Below are positions 55,153 through 64,000 of a stretch of DNA of 64,000 nt, in pieces. Location of the stretch: IMG/VR virus record IMGVR_UViG_2706795940_000001, positions 1 through 64,000 of that record; one strand, written 5' to 3'. Position 1 is the stretch's first letter, and every line of letters begins with the position of its first letter. The notes under the pieces are model-generated. The model searched no databases, had not been told where the DNA came from, and saw nothing but the letters and a program-made list of their open reading frames with translations. The translations under genes and the position numbers were made by a program. Origin of the DNA: a virus. Lineage: Duplodnaviria > Caudoviricetes.

Positions 55153-56192
55153 TGACGGCAGAAACGCCCAACGACATTCTCACCCAGGGCGCCGTAATCA
55201 ATGGTCGGGCGCAGGTTGTCGGCAAATTCGCCAACGGCTCCCCAGAGTGGCACGCTGCCCGTCGTGGTCATCTGGGCGGCTCGGAAATCTCGGCCGTCGT
55301 GCGCCTGTCGCCCTTCGAGTCGCGGTTCTCGTTGTGGCACCGCAAGAAGGGTGAACTCGAAGACATCGAAGAGACGCCGGCCATGGAGTGGGGAACACGC
55401 CTTGAGCCGGTTGTCTATGACAAATATGCCGAATCGATCGACCCGGATGAGTACATCACGACGGGTCACACCTTCCGATGCTTGATCCCTGGCCGCGGCT
55501 GGATGAACGCAAATCCCGACGGGATTGTGTGGGGTCGCAACAAAGAGACCGGCGAGTGGTTCATCAAGCGAATCCTTGAGATCAAGACCAGCGCGCGTGG
55601 CGAAGGCTACGGGCCTAATGGGTCCGACGGCATCCCGATCTACTACCGGTGCCAGGTGCTGTTCTACATGTACGTTCTTGGCGTCAAGCAGGCCGAGTTG
55701 GCGGCGCTGATCTCTGGCGTCGACTATCGCACCTACCCGGTCAAGTACAACACCGAGGACGTCAATTTCCTCACCGAGGCCGGCGACCAGTTCATGGCCG
55801 AGTTGCGCGACGACATCACCCCCAGCATCAGTGACGACATCGCCTCCTACGAGGCGGTGCGCGAGCTCAACCCTGAGCTGGACCCAGACCTCGAGGTGAC
55901 GGTTCCGATCGCCCTGGGGGAGCGGTACCGGTCCATCGAAGAGGCCTATCGCGAGATCAAGGACATGCGCCACGGCGTACACGCCGAGATCCTCGAGCAC
56001 GCCGGCGCTGCGCGACTCATCAAGATGGACGACGACGAGGTCATCGCTCGGCGCCAGATGCCGGGACGCGGCAGCGTGCCGTACCTCCGCTACATCCCTC
56101 CGGAGAAGGAGCCCAAGGTCAGCGTCGTTGAGGCGCACCAGGATGCGCTCGACACGGCGGATCGGCGCGCGGCGATGTACCCATCTGTCTAA
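55149..56192 (+). CDS. RecE/YqaJ-like exonuclease
   Basis: EWHAARRGHLGGSE, WGTRLEP, NPDG, LEIKT, YRCQV. Confidence 0.92.
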   Translation: MMTAETPNDILTQGAVINGRAQVVGKFANGSPEWHAARRGHLGGSEISAVVRLSPFESRFSLWHRKKGELEDIEETPAMEWGTRLEPVVYDKYAESIDPDEYITTGHTFRCLIPGRGWMNANPDGIVWGRNKETGEWFIKRILEIKTSARGEGYGPNGSDGIPIYYRCQVLFYMYVLGVKQAELAALISGVDYRTYPVKYNTEDVNFLTEAGDQFMAELRDDITPSISDDIASYEAVRELNPELDPDLEVTVPIALGERYRSIEEAYREIKDMRHGVHAEILEHAGAARLIKMDDDEVIARRQMPGRGSVPYLRYIPPEKEPKVSVVEAHQDALDTADRRAAMYPSV

Positions 56193-56199
56193 TGTCTAG

Positions 56200-56228
56200 T
56201 TGACTCCTGCATAGACATGACGTACTGT
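56200..56228 (+). promoter_or_regulatory. SigA-type promoter TTGACT-N17-TACTGT overlapped by TGTCTA/TAGACA sites
   Basis: Near-consensus -35/-10 with 17-bp spacer. Confidence 0.8.
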
Positions 56229-56234
56229 GAAGGA

Positions 56235-56520
56235 GTCGGCAAGAGGGAAGTGAGAAACTCTCTAATCCCTACTGAGACACAGGACTTGCGACGCCGGCGT
56301 CAAGCTCGCCCCTGCTGAAGTTTGAGATGGGTCCTCAGTAGGGGAGGTAAGGAGCCCCAGCAGGGAACAACCCTGGCGCCAAGACGGGGCCCTGCTTGCG
56401 GTGCCGTTCCTTTCGGGCACTGCTCGAAGGCTCCTGCGCCGGCGTCGCCCCACACCTCCAGATGAGCACCGAGTGCCGCGGAGCGGATTCAACAATCAAC
56501 TCAAAGTTGATAGTTCACAA
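56235..56520 (+). ncRNA. candidate structured leader / ncRNA
   Basis: No + strand ORF; 11-, 12-, 8- and 7-bp helices including crossing pairs. Confidence 0.6.
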
Positions 56521-56548
56521 CAAATGAGAGACAAGGGGATTCAATACA

Positions 56549-56830
56549 ATGTCACGTAAATCCATGCAGGCAGACATCGACACCCTCTACGCATGGCTGG
56601 ACCAGCAGAGCGCCTCGGTCGGCGCCGCGATCGAGGCTGTGGGGGAGATCAACAAGGTGCTCAGCAATCCGCCGGCAATCGGCGTCCACGAGTTCGTCGC
56701 GCCATGGCAGATCAAGATGGAGCTGCTCAACATCTACAAGGGCGACGTCGATGCAGCGCGGAGCGCCTTCGACTGGCTGGAGGAGGGTGCCGAGAAGGTG
56801 ACGGTCGCCACCGAGGAGGTGCCGGCGTGA
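56549..56830 (+). CDS. hypothetical protein
   Basis: AAGGGG RBS, 93 aa. Confidence 0.75.
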   Translation: MSRKSMQADIDTLYAWLDQQSASVGAAIEAVGEINKVLSNPPAIGVHEFVAPWQIKMELLNIYKGDVDAARSAFDWLEEGAEKVTVATEEVPA

Positions 56831-57351
56831 TCATCAAGCCGCCAGCCATGGCCCACCCGTTCCAGCTCGCCGCCCTCCCGAACACCGGCCCCGAGGACCC
56901 CTACGGCTGCGTCATGAACGTCGTCAGCTGGATGAAGGGCGACACCGACATCACGGGGGAGCCGGACTGCGTCAACCACCACCTGATCAACCTGTGCCAG
57001 ACCTTCAACGACGAGGTTCTCGATCGCTTCGGCAGCCACGAGCGTGAGTATCCAGAGATGCTGCGCCTGGTTGGTGTTGCCTCGGCACAGCAGTCCATGC
57101 GCCTCCTCGAGATCGCCGAACTCGTCACCGACACCGCGGTCGTCACCCAGGGGGAGAGCCGGGAGTGGGCTTTCCGGAAGCTGCGATCGCCGCTCGGAAT
57201 CTACGGAGCGCACAGCGTATCCCGACAGATCGCCACCAGTGCATCGAGCTTCGACGACGCGGTCGATCAGATCCTCGACATCATCCACGACTTCCGATCC
57301 ACCTTCGCCGAGGAACTCGGCCTCAACCAGCTCGAGGAGACCCGTGTCTGA
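56827..57351 (+). CDS. hypothetical protein
   Basis: GGAGG RBS; GCVMNVVSW..G...I...PDC motif. Confidence 0.75.
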   Translation: MIIKPPAMAHPFQLAALPNTGPEDPYGCVMNVVSWMKGDTDITGEPDCVNHHLINLCQTFNDEVLDRFGSHEREYPEMLRLVGVASAQQSMRLLEIAELVTDTAVVTQGESREWAFRKLRSPLGIYGAHSVSRQIATSASSFDDAVDQILDIIHDFRSTFAEELGLNQLEETRV

Positions 57352-58069
57352 ACTGCAGCAAGCCGCTCAGGGACAGCAGTCCAACAACCCAGTCAGCTTC
57401 ATCTACAGCCACGCCAAGGACATTCAGAACGTCCTCACCAAGGGCACGGACATGGACCGGTGGCTGCAGATGGCACGGCTGGCCGTGATGCGCGACCAGA
57501 ATCTCGTCGCGTCGGCCAAGCGCGACCCAGGATCGCTGATGCAGGCCCTGCTCGACTGCGCAGAGAAGGGCCACGTCCCAGGCACCGAGGACTACTACCT
57601 CGTGCCACGCAAGGGCGGCATCCAGGGCATGGAGTCCTGGAAGGGTATCGCCAAACGAATCATGCGATCCGGTCGATACCAGTCGATCGTCAACGAGGTT
57701 GTGTACGAGGGCGAGACCTTCGAGTTCAACCCGAACACGATGGATCGCCCGGTACACAACATCAACTACATGACCCGGACCTCTGGCAAGCCGGTCATGT
57801 CCTACGCCTACGCCCTCGACCACGACGGGAAGCCATCTTCGGTGGCCATCGCGGACCCCCGGTACATCGCCAAGGTCAAGAAGAACTCGCGCGGATCCGT
57901 CTGGGAAGACTGGGACGAGCAGATGTACCGCAAGACCGCGGTCAAGATGCTCCAGGACTACGTCGACACCTCGTCGGTCGACCGTCGCGATGTGTCTACC
58001 GTACAGGTAGACGATGCAAACGTGATCGATGTCGACGACACCTTCACGGCGCGGGAGGCCGGCGAATGA
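57344..58069 (+). CDS. recT: RecT-like ssDNA annealing protein
   Basis: SLMQALLDCA, YYLVP, W..WDEQMYRKTAVK. Confidence 0.9.
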   Translation: MSELQQAAQGQQSNNPVSFIYSHAKDIQNVLTKGTDMDRWLQMARLAVMRDQNLVASAKRDPGSLMQALLDCAEKGHVPGTEDYYLVPRKGGIQGMESWKGIAKRIMRSGRYQSIVNEVVYEGETFEFNPNTMDRPVHNINYMTRTSGKPVMSYAYALDHDGKPSSVAIADPRYIAKVKKNSRGSVWEDWDEQMYRKTAVKMLQDYVDTSSVDRRDVSTVQVDDANVIDVDDTFTAREAGE

Positions 58070-58770
58070 GCGGCGACATCAAGTTCCGATCCGACATGCG
58101 CGTCGAGCTCGTCGACTGGATGGGTGAGGATCAGCGCGTCGTCGAGGCGGCGAAGGTCTCAACGCTGGGCGATCGATCCCGCGGGGTCGAGGCGACTGAG
58201 GGCTTCATCGACTTCCTTGACCGGAACCGACACGGATCGCCGTTCGAGCACTCCGTCTTCACCTTCCTGGTCGAGTGCCCCATATTCGTTTCGCGTGAGT
58301 TCATGCGCCACCGAATCGCCTCGTACAACGAGGAATCCGGTCGATACAAGGTCATGAAGGGCGTGTTCTACGTCCCGGCCGACGACCGGCCGCTGGTCCA
58401 GGTGGGCAAGCCGGGTGAGTATCGATTCGAGGCCGGGACGCTCGAGCAGCACGAGCTGGTGACAGACCTGTTCCAGCTCGCCGCCGATACCGGCTACAAC
58501 CTCTACCAGACCATGCTCGACGCCGGCATTGCCCGGGAAGTTGCGCGCGACGTCCTGCCGTTCCAGCTGTACACCTCGTTCTACGTCACCATGAACGCGC
58601 GCGGCCTGATGAACTTCCTCAGCCTTCGCGTCGGCGATGAGACAGCGGCCTACCCGAGCACGCCGCTGTACGAGATCGACCTGGTGGCACGGCAAATGGA
58701 GAAGCACTTCGCAGAGAAGATGCCGATGACGCACAAGTCATTCGTGCAGAACGGCCGGGTGGCGCCGTGA
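58066..58770 (+). CDS. thyX: flavin-dependent thymidylate synthase
   Basis: HGSPFEH, REFMRHRIASYNEESGRY, NARGLMNFLSLR. Confidence 0.97.
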   Translation: MSGDIKFRSDMRVELVDWMGEDQRVVEAAKVSTLGDRSRGVEATEGFIDFLDRNRHGSPFEHSVFTFLVECPIFVSREFMRHRIASYNEESGRYKVMKGVFYVPADDRPLVQVGKPGEYRFEAGTLEQHELVTDLFQLAADTGYNLYQTMLDAGIAREVARDVLPFQLYTSFYVTMNARGLMNFLSLRVGDETAAYPSTPLYEIDLVARQMEKHFAEKMPMTHKSFVQNGRVAP

Positions 58771-59000
58771 CCGCGTATGCGCAGCTGAACCATCCCGAGG
58801 TCCGTGTCGACGGCAACTATGTCGTCCCGTTCAACGACCTCATCGGTCTGATCCCCGCGGAGGTGTCCGCCGGCATGGATCTTCAGGTCCGAGTGCCGCG
58901 GAGCGGACTGCGTGGACTCGGACGGGTCTTCGAAATCGACTATTACGCACGACAACTGACCATTGACGTGGAATGGATAAACGTGGAGGTAAAAGCATGA
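58767..59000 (+). CDS. hypothetical protein
   Basis: Coupled overlaps. Confidence 0.65.
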   Translation: MTAYAQLNHPEVRVDGNYVVPFNDLIGLIPAEVSAGMDLQVRVPRSGLRGLGRVFEIDYYARQLTIDVEWINVEVKA

Positions 59001-59614
59001 GGACGGAAGCGGACAAGGTCGCGGTGGAGGAGTTTGACGTACGTCGCCGGCGGACCATGTCGGACCTCCAAGAGGCGCTTGACCTCCTGGGAAGCTCAGC
59101 CATTCGGCACGCGGAAGGTCACTACCGAGACACCGTACGCCTCGAAGCTCTGGTGGATCAGGCGCTCGAGATCCTGGGCGAGAAGAACGACGGCCGGCTG
59201 CTCGACGGCATCCGCCGACTCATCGCCGAGCGAGACGAGGCGCGTCAGGCGAAGCTCGAATCCGAGCAGCGAGCCGGGTTCGCGGAGGCGTGCTGCGGGT
59301 GCGACAACGGCGGCGAGCATGTGCTGCCGACCCCTTCCCCGATCAAGCCAGAGCACTGGCGATTCGCTGCCGAGCTGATCCGCAAGTCCGGCCAGATCGG
59401 TTCGTGGACTGCAGACAACCTCGAGTGGCAGGCACAGGGCATGGAGGCCGAGCTAGCCGAGGCAGAGCGGATCCAGGACGAAGCCATCGAATCAGCTATC
59501 ACCGCGTACTTCAAGGCGGCGCACGGTTGCCAACCGAAGACCGTGTACCCGCACGTTCGCACCGGCATGGAGGCCGCACTGCGCGCGGCGTCGAAGGTGG
59601 GCGAGAATGCCTGA
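58997..59614 (+). CDS. hypothetical coiled-coil protein
   Basis: GGAGGT RBS. Confidence 0.7.
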   Translation: MRTEADKVAVEEFDVRRRRTMSDLQEALDLLGSSAIRHAEGHYRDTVRLEALVDQALEILGEKNDGRLLDGIRRLIAERDEARQAKLESEQRAGFAEACCGCDNGGEHVLPTPSPIKPEHWRFAAELIRKSGQIGSWTADNLEWQAQGMEAELAEAERIQDEAIESAITAYFKAAHGCQPKTVYPHVRTGMEAALRAASKVGENA

Positions 59615-59924
59615 GATCACCATCTACGGGGCATCCGACGACCTGGTTGAGGTCGAAGGTGCTGTGCGCGACGAGTTCAATCTTGGGCGCGATGGCACCC
59701 GCCTGCGACTGAGAGCACCGGACGGACTGCAGTTGGACGTTGCAGCAGACTTTTGCAACCCGGTCGTCGGCGGGCGACTCGACTGGGTGATCGGTGTGTA
59801 TGCGGTCAACGCGTACCCGTCGTGGGGGATCCGATTCCACGAGCGCCCGGGCTGCGAAGGCGATCCGGCGGTCACCATCGAAGTGCCCGAGGGGACGACC
59901 GTCGAGGAGGTGAAGTATGACTGA
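59607..59924 (+). CDS. hypothetical phage protein
   Basis: IYGASDDLVEVEG motif. Confidence 0.8.
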   Translation: MPEITIYGASDDLVEVEGAVRDEFNLGRDGTRLRLRAPDGLQLDVAADFCNPVVGGRLDWVIGVYAVNAYPSWGIRFHERPGCEGDPAVTIEVPEGTTVEEVKYD

Positions 59925-60450
59925 GCCTGAGATCTCCGAGGGGGAACGAGAGGGCGCCCGCGATCTTCTCGAGGCGCTACGCGCGTCGTTGAAGGTCAAC
60001 GTCACGGGTGCGCAGACCGAAGCTCCCCGAGGTCACATCCTGACCGTCACGAAGTGCGAAGACTTCGACCCCGAATACCCGAGCTTCGACTGGTCGATCG
60101 AATGCCAGAACGTGGACAAGTGCGGCGGCTGGCAGGAGTGCCACGAACTGCACGAGATCAGTGGCGCGTCTGCGGCGGACGGACCGTGGGACTGCGACGA
60201 GAACGCGCCGTGGGAAGGAATGGACGAGTTCGAGTTCCACGGCGTGCTGCACACGTGGCACTGGGGGCACGGGTGGACCGTGCCCTACCGCGGGTGTGTG
60301 GTAGCGGGCAACGACTGGATCTGCGATTACGCGCACGACATCGCCCTCGATCACGGGTGTGGCCGGCACGAAGTCGAGGACGACTGGGATGACATGGACT
60401 GCTATCTGATTCACGTTCGGGCCCTCGCAAGCAGTGAACCGGAATCGTGA
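59917..60450 (+). CDS. hypothetical acidic Cys/His-rich protein
   Basis: GGAGG RBS, 177 aa. Confidence 0.7.
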   Translation: MTEPEISEGEREGARDLLEALRASLKVNVTGAQTEAPRGHILTVTKCEDFDPEYPSFDWSIECQNVDKCGGWQECHELHEISGASAADGPWDCDENAPWEGMDEFEFHGVLHTWHWGHGWTVPYRGCVVAGNDWICDYAHDIALDHGCGRHEVEDDWDDMDCYLIHVRALASSEPES

Positions 60451-60710
60451 CCAACCACGCCGCGATCGAGCTGGACGCGGCGAGACTGTACCGCCAGATC
60501 CAGCACAAGGTGTTCGATGACCCCTGGCCCGACCTGCCCGATTTCATCCGGTGCAGGATGCGTGAGATCGCACAGGAGTGCCGTGACGCACTCCTCGGTG
60601 GACACCACCGAATCTACAGCGACTACAGCGAATTCATGGATTACCGATCCGGTGTCTGCGCTGAGTGCTGCACCCCCTACCCCTGTGACATGAGGAGATT
60701 CTTTCAATGA
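60447..60710 (+). CDS. hypothetical protein
   Basis: CAEC...YPC motif. Confidence 0.7.
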   Translation: MTNHAAIELDAARLYRQIQHKVFDDPWPDLPDFIRCRMREIAQECRDALLGGHHRIYSDYSEFMDYRSGVCAECCTPYPCDMRRFFQ

Positions 60711-60907
60711 CTGGACCATCCCTGCCAAAGCTGTCCTACGGCAAGCGCGAACTCGCCGACGCCGTGGGAGTGAGCGAGGCAACCATCGACCGTGAGATCA
60801 AGGCCGGCCGCATCGAGGTCCGCTACATCCGCAACAAGGTCGTCATCATGCACGAGGAAGCGGTGCGCTACCTCAACGACGCCCCCACTGAGCGGGAGGA
60901 CGTCTGA
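60707..60907 (+). CDS. excisionase-like HTH DNA-binding protein
   Basis: ELADAVGVSEATIDREIKAGRI. Confidence 0.8.
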   Translation: MTGPSLPKLSYGKRELADAVGVSEATIDREIKAGRIEVRYIRNKVVIMHEEAVRYLNDAPTEREDV

Positions 60908-61158
60908 TGACCCCCGCGGAGCACTACAAAGAGGCGATTCGACTACTGGGCGAGTCGGAGAGGGTGACGAAGGACGCTCATCGGCAGCGCGCGGAGATCG
61001 ACGTCCTGAATCCGGTGGACAATGCTCGCCTTCGGGGGACCATCAACCGCGCCGAGCAGCTGCAGAGGAAGGCGCAGACTCACGCCCTACTTTCAATCGC
61101 TGCAGCCGGCCTGCCGCTCACCGTGCTCATCGACAACGATGACACTGCGGAGGACTGA
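60907..61158 (+). CDS. hypothetical protein
   Basis: MTPAEHYKEA..LL...AQTHALL motif. Confidence 0.75.
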   Translation: MTPAEHYKEAIRLLGESERVTKDAHRQRAEIDVLNPVDNARLRGTINRAEQLQRKAQTHALLSIAAAGLPLTVLIDNDDTAED

Positions 61159-61161
61159 TCA

Positions 61162-61353
61162 ATGTCCACGATCATCACCGACCGTGTTGTCACCACCAGC
61201 GTCCAGTTGGAATGCGACAGTGGAACCCTCAAGCTGTCAGATCTTCAACGATTCGTCGACGAGTGCGAGGACGAGGCAATCCCTGGGTTCTCCGAGGTCA
61301 CCGTCGGCCGAGAGTGTACGTGGATCCGGGCCCAGTTCACGTCCGGGGACTGA
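61162..61353 (+). CDS. hypothetical protein
   Basis: GGAGG RBS. Confidence 0.65.
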   Translation: MSTIITDRVVTTSVQLECDSGTLKLSDLQRFVDECEDEAIPGFSEVTVGRECTWIRAQFTSGD

Positions 61354-61354
61354 C

Positions 61355-61386
61355 TTGCCAAGCCGCGGGTAACTGTCTAATGTCTA
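61355..61386 (+). promoter_or_regulatory. putative promoter TTGCCA-N17-TAATGT with tandem TGTCTA sites
   Basis: CTGTCTAATGTCTA identical to 56185-56198. Confidence 0.55.
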
Positions 61387-61577
61387 ACCCAACATGTGAG
61401 TTCGCCCACCTCTTCGGCGCCTGTAACGCCCCAGCGAGCCACTTAGTCACCTACCGCTGGTGGGGCCAAATGCTCCTCTGTGACCAGCACTTCCAGGAAA
61501 TGAACGTCAGCACCGACAAGCACGTACTCGAGACTCTCGCGGTCGACGCGAGCACCGAGTACCGCGCAGCGGACTGA
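61380..61577 (+). CDS. small hypothetical protein
   Basis: C..C...LCDQH motif; no RBS. Confidence 0.45.
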   Translation: MSNPTCEFAHLFGACNAPASHLVTYRWWGQMLLCDQHFQEMNVSTDKHVLETLAVDASTEYRAAD

Positions 61578-61608
61578 CAAACACACCATACAAGAGGGGA
61601 GCACTGAA

Positions 61609-62745
61609 TTGACTACGCAAACCCAGGAAACCAAATACGGGGTCAGATTGAGCGGACTTCGGGAAGCACACAACATGACGGCCGAGGAAGCCTCGGCACG
61701 CATGGGGTGGGAGCCATCGAAGTGGGGCCAGATCGAAAGCAGCCAAGGCGATTTCATCGAACACACCCAAGACATGGTTGCCGTCGCCCGGGACTTCGGT
61801 GTCGACGAGGCCTACCTCCGACCGAAGCTGCCGAAGCGTTGGATGGTCAACACCAAGCATGGCAAGCCCATCACCATCGTGAAGCGACTGAACGCGTTGC
61901 GTGACGCCGGCTGGACCGAGTCGGACATCGCCGAGGCGACTTACATGCCCCTCGACCAGCTGCGAGACGTGCGCCACCGCGTAGAGACCCTGGCACTGAA
62001 CCACAACATGAACCGGTCCGCCAGCACGAAGAACATCGAGGCCGAACTGGTCATCCGATTCCTCGAGAACACCCCAGACATCTCGACCCACGACGCCGAC
62101 GAGCTGGTCCCCGCAACGTCAGTCCGGGCCCACATGCTCGCGCTCGAGGACGTCGGGTACAGCCGGTTGACCTACACCCACCGCGGGCCCGACCGTGACG
62201 GGATCTTCCTGCAGATGGTCTCGTTCAATCATCACGTGGCGCAGGCATTGTCGAAGCCCAACGCCGACCACATCCTCGTGCGCAACGACATCGCGCAGGA
62301 GGTGCTGTCGCTGCCCACGGACGTGAACGCGCACATCCCGAGCTCCCTCGGCGCCACCCGTCGGGCCCAGGCCCTTGTCGCATGGGGGTACGACCCATCC
62401 CAGATCCGACGCGAGGCTGGACTCACCGCGGACCAGCTGCACCGCATCCTGTGGACCGACTGCAGCGCGCCCCTGGATCGCAATGATGGCGTGAATCTTG
62501 TCCGCACATTCAGCAAACTCGAACACATTCCCGGCCGTAGCAAGAATTCGATCGACCTCGCCAAAAAGAATGGCTGGCCGCTTCCGTTCCAGTGGGATGA
62601 ATACACAATCGACCGTGCGCAGACAAAGCCGTGCAAGGGTCGAGAAATCGTCAACACGATTGACTTGGACAATATGGAGCGTCGGACCGAAGTTCTGAAC
62701 AAAGAGTTCGAAGAACTCCTCCAGACCCTAGACAAGGTGGCGTAA
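61609..62745 (+). CDS. multi-HTH DNA-binding protein
   Basis: XRE-like HTH at N-terminus; repeated R..AL...G[WY] modules. Confidence 0.75.
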   Translation: MTTQTQETKYGVRLSGLREAHNMTAEEASARMGWEPSKWGQIESSQGDFIEHTQDMVAVARDFGVDEAYLRPKLPKRWMVNTKHGKPITIVKRLNALRDAGWTESDIAEATYMPLDQLRDVRHRVETLALNHNMNRSASTKNIEAELVIRFLENTPDISTHDADELVPATSVRAHMLALEDVGYSRLTYTHRGPDRDGIFLQMVSFNHHVAQALSKPNADHILVRNDIAQEVLSLPTDVNAHIPSSLGATRRAQALVAWGYDPSQIRREAGLTADQLHRILWTDCSAPLDRNDGVNLVRTFSKLEHIPGRSKNSIDLAKKNGWPLPFQWDEYTIDRAQTKPCKGREIVNTIDLDNMERRTEVLNKEFEELLQTLDKVA

Positions 62746-63735
62746 GTGCCACGCATTCGGGCCATTAAGCCAGAATTCTGGGCATCACCGAACCACCCTG
62801 CAGATCCGTGGGCGCGGCTGCTGTTCGTGGCCATGTGGAACTGGGCCGACGACGCCGGAACCGGTACCGCCAACGCTCGGGAGCTACTCGGATTCGCCTT
62901 CCCGAACGACGAGAACATCGACACGACGGACATCAAGCGGATGTTCACCGCGGTTGCTGACTCCTACGGTGTCGTCTTCTACAAGGTGGCTGGGCGGGAC
63001 TACTTTCACGTCCCCACGTTCAACGATCACCAGAAGTTTGACCGCCGGCGCGGCGGTCGGCACCCGCTCCCTGCGGACGCCGAGGAGCTCTTGTACGGCA
63101 GTTTGTTGCAAGTTACAACCAAATCGGAAAGTTTGTTGCAAGTTACAACCAATTTTCCGGCTCGTGACCCAGAAACCGACCCTGACCTGCATCAGAGCAT
63201 CGATACGGCGCGCTGCGCCGACGAGTCGGCGCAAAAACAGCGCCGGAACAGGGGAACAGGGGAACAGGGGAACAGGGGAACAGGGGAACAGGGGAACGAA
63301 AAAGCGGAAGATCCTGACGGATCTTCATCCTCGGCAGTCGCTGTCGCGACGACCGAGCCCGCTCGCGACGAACCGGGGTTCCGGGATGACGTGGATCGGC
63401 TCTGCGAGCGCTTGGCCGAGCGCGTCCGGCAGAATGCCGTCACGTCCAAGCCGGTCGTGATCCGGAAGGACTGGAGACGAGCGGCAAGGTGTCTAATCGA
63501 CAACGATGGGGTAGACTACGACCGGGTTGTCCGAGTCCTCGACTGGTCACAAGCTGATCCGTTCTGGACCGCGAATATCCGATCGATGCCGAAACTGCGT
63601 GAGAAGTTCGAAACTCTCGAAATGCAAATGAACCGGAATTCTCGTAGATCGAATGCCTCAATGGATTCGACACATCGAGGACTCGCGGATATGCAACGGA
63701 TATTCGGAAATGCCGACCAGAAAGCAATTCAGTGA
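62746..63735 (+). CDS. RepA-like replication initiator
   Basis: MPRIRAIKPEFW, WNWADDAG, DPFWTANIRSMPKLREKF. Confidence 0.88.
   Translation: MPRIRAIKPEFWASPNHPADPWARLLFVAMWNWADDAGTGTANARELLGFAFPNDENIDTTDIKRMFTAVADSYGVVFYKVAGRDYFHVPTFNDHQKFDRRRGGRHPLPADAEELLYGSLLQVTTKSESLLQVTTNFPARDPETDPDLHQSIDTARCADESAQKQRRNRGTGEQGNRGTGEQGNEKAEDPDGSSSSAVAVATTEPARDEPGFRDDVDRLCERLAERVRQNAVTSKPVVIRKDWRRAARCLIDNDGVDYDRVVRVLDWSQADPFWTANIRSMPKLREKFETLEMQMNRNSRRSNASMDSTHRGLADMQRIFGNADQKAIQ
63100..63152 (+). repeat. 23-bp direct repeat x2 (iteron-like)
   Basis: AGTTTGTTGCAAGTTACAACCAA at 63100 and 63130. Confidence 0.85.
63245..63297 (+). repeat. (GGAACAGG)6.6 tandem repeat
   Basis: Direct count. Confidence 0.95.
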
Positions 63736-64000
63736 AGAATACGAATGACACATACGCAATTGCGGTGTCTGTTCTGACGAAAGCTTCGATGCTCGATTCC
63801 AGGATCACCCTCCCCGCGGGAAAAGAAGAACGTGAATTCAAATACCAGGCGTGGGCGTCGGTGTTCACCCACGCCGGCGGCATGTGGCTCACCGAGTCGC
63901 TCGCGGCCGTCGACAACCACTACCGAGATGGCAAGTTCGCGATGATGCCGGCCGACGTCGTTGGCTACGTCCACGCGTTGCCGATGGACTCCTCGCCCGA
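63732..64000 (+). CDS. putative helicase loader/inhibitor-like protein (3' truncated by window)
   Basis: GTGA overlap with repA; AW....AV..HY.....MPADV pattern. Confidence 0.55.
   Translation, partial: MKNTNDTYAIAVSVLTKASMLDSRITLPAGKEEREFKYQAWASVFTHAGGMWLTESLAAVDNHYRDGKFAMMPADVVGYVHALPMDSSP

Larger units (their letters stand above)
1..64000. mobile_element. Temperate actinobacteriophage (siphovirus) genome segment
   Basis: Canonical terminase-portal-capsid-tail-lysis order, integrase/repressor, RecET, RepA-like gene; no host housekeeping synteny in the window. Confidence 0.97.

Noticed and set aside
56235-56520. RNase P RNA or SRP RNA
   Set aside because: Conserved P4 sequences and the SRP domain IV loop were not found.
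63245-63297. CRISPR array
   Set aside because: Contiguous 8-bp tandem repeat without spacers; no cas genes in the window.

Overview
The whole window is one temperate, high-GC actinobacteriophage of siphovirus type. The host is probably in the Corynebacteriales (Gordonia/Rhodococcus-like); this is inferred from gene content, not proven. Layout: a leftward operon of small genes (37-2039); a rightward accessory operon with an Acb2/Tad1-like hairpin protein, an HNH nuclease, a nucleotidyltransferase-like gene and three paralogues (2084-5827); an RNA cluster with 6 tRNAs, 2 tRNA-like elements with aberrant anticodon arms and several structured spacers, interrupted by an intact IS3-family element (5846-9372); head and tail genes including a 2931-aa tape measure protein (9499-32592); a lysis cassette embedded among tail genes; Lsr2; a second accessory operon with host-like exonuclease VII (xseA/xseB), a metallophosphoesterase and RtcB; an apparently unsplit attP with tyrosine integrase and repressor; and early genes (RecE/RecT, ThyX, Xis-like, RepA-like). 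The strongest candidates for something undescribed are: (1) an RNA array in which tRNAs and tRNA-like elements bracket ornate, partly pseudoknotted non-coding segments; (2) a ~310-nt structured leader RNA in the early region; (3) a possible three-component endolysin; (4) phage-borne exonuclease VII; (5) a genome-wide TGTCTA/TAGACA operator-like motif. All RNA pairings were found by eye and all protein calls come from motif recognition and synteny; no database searches were run.
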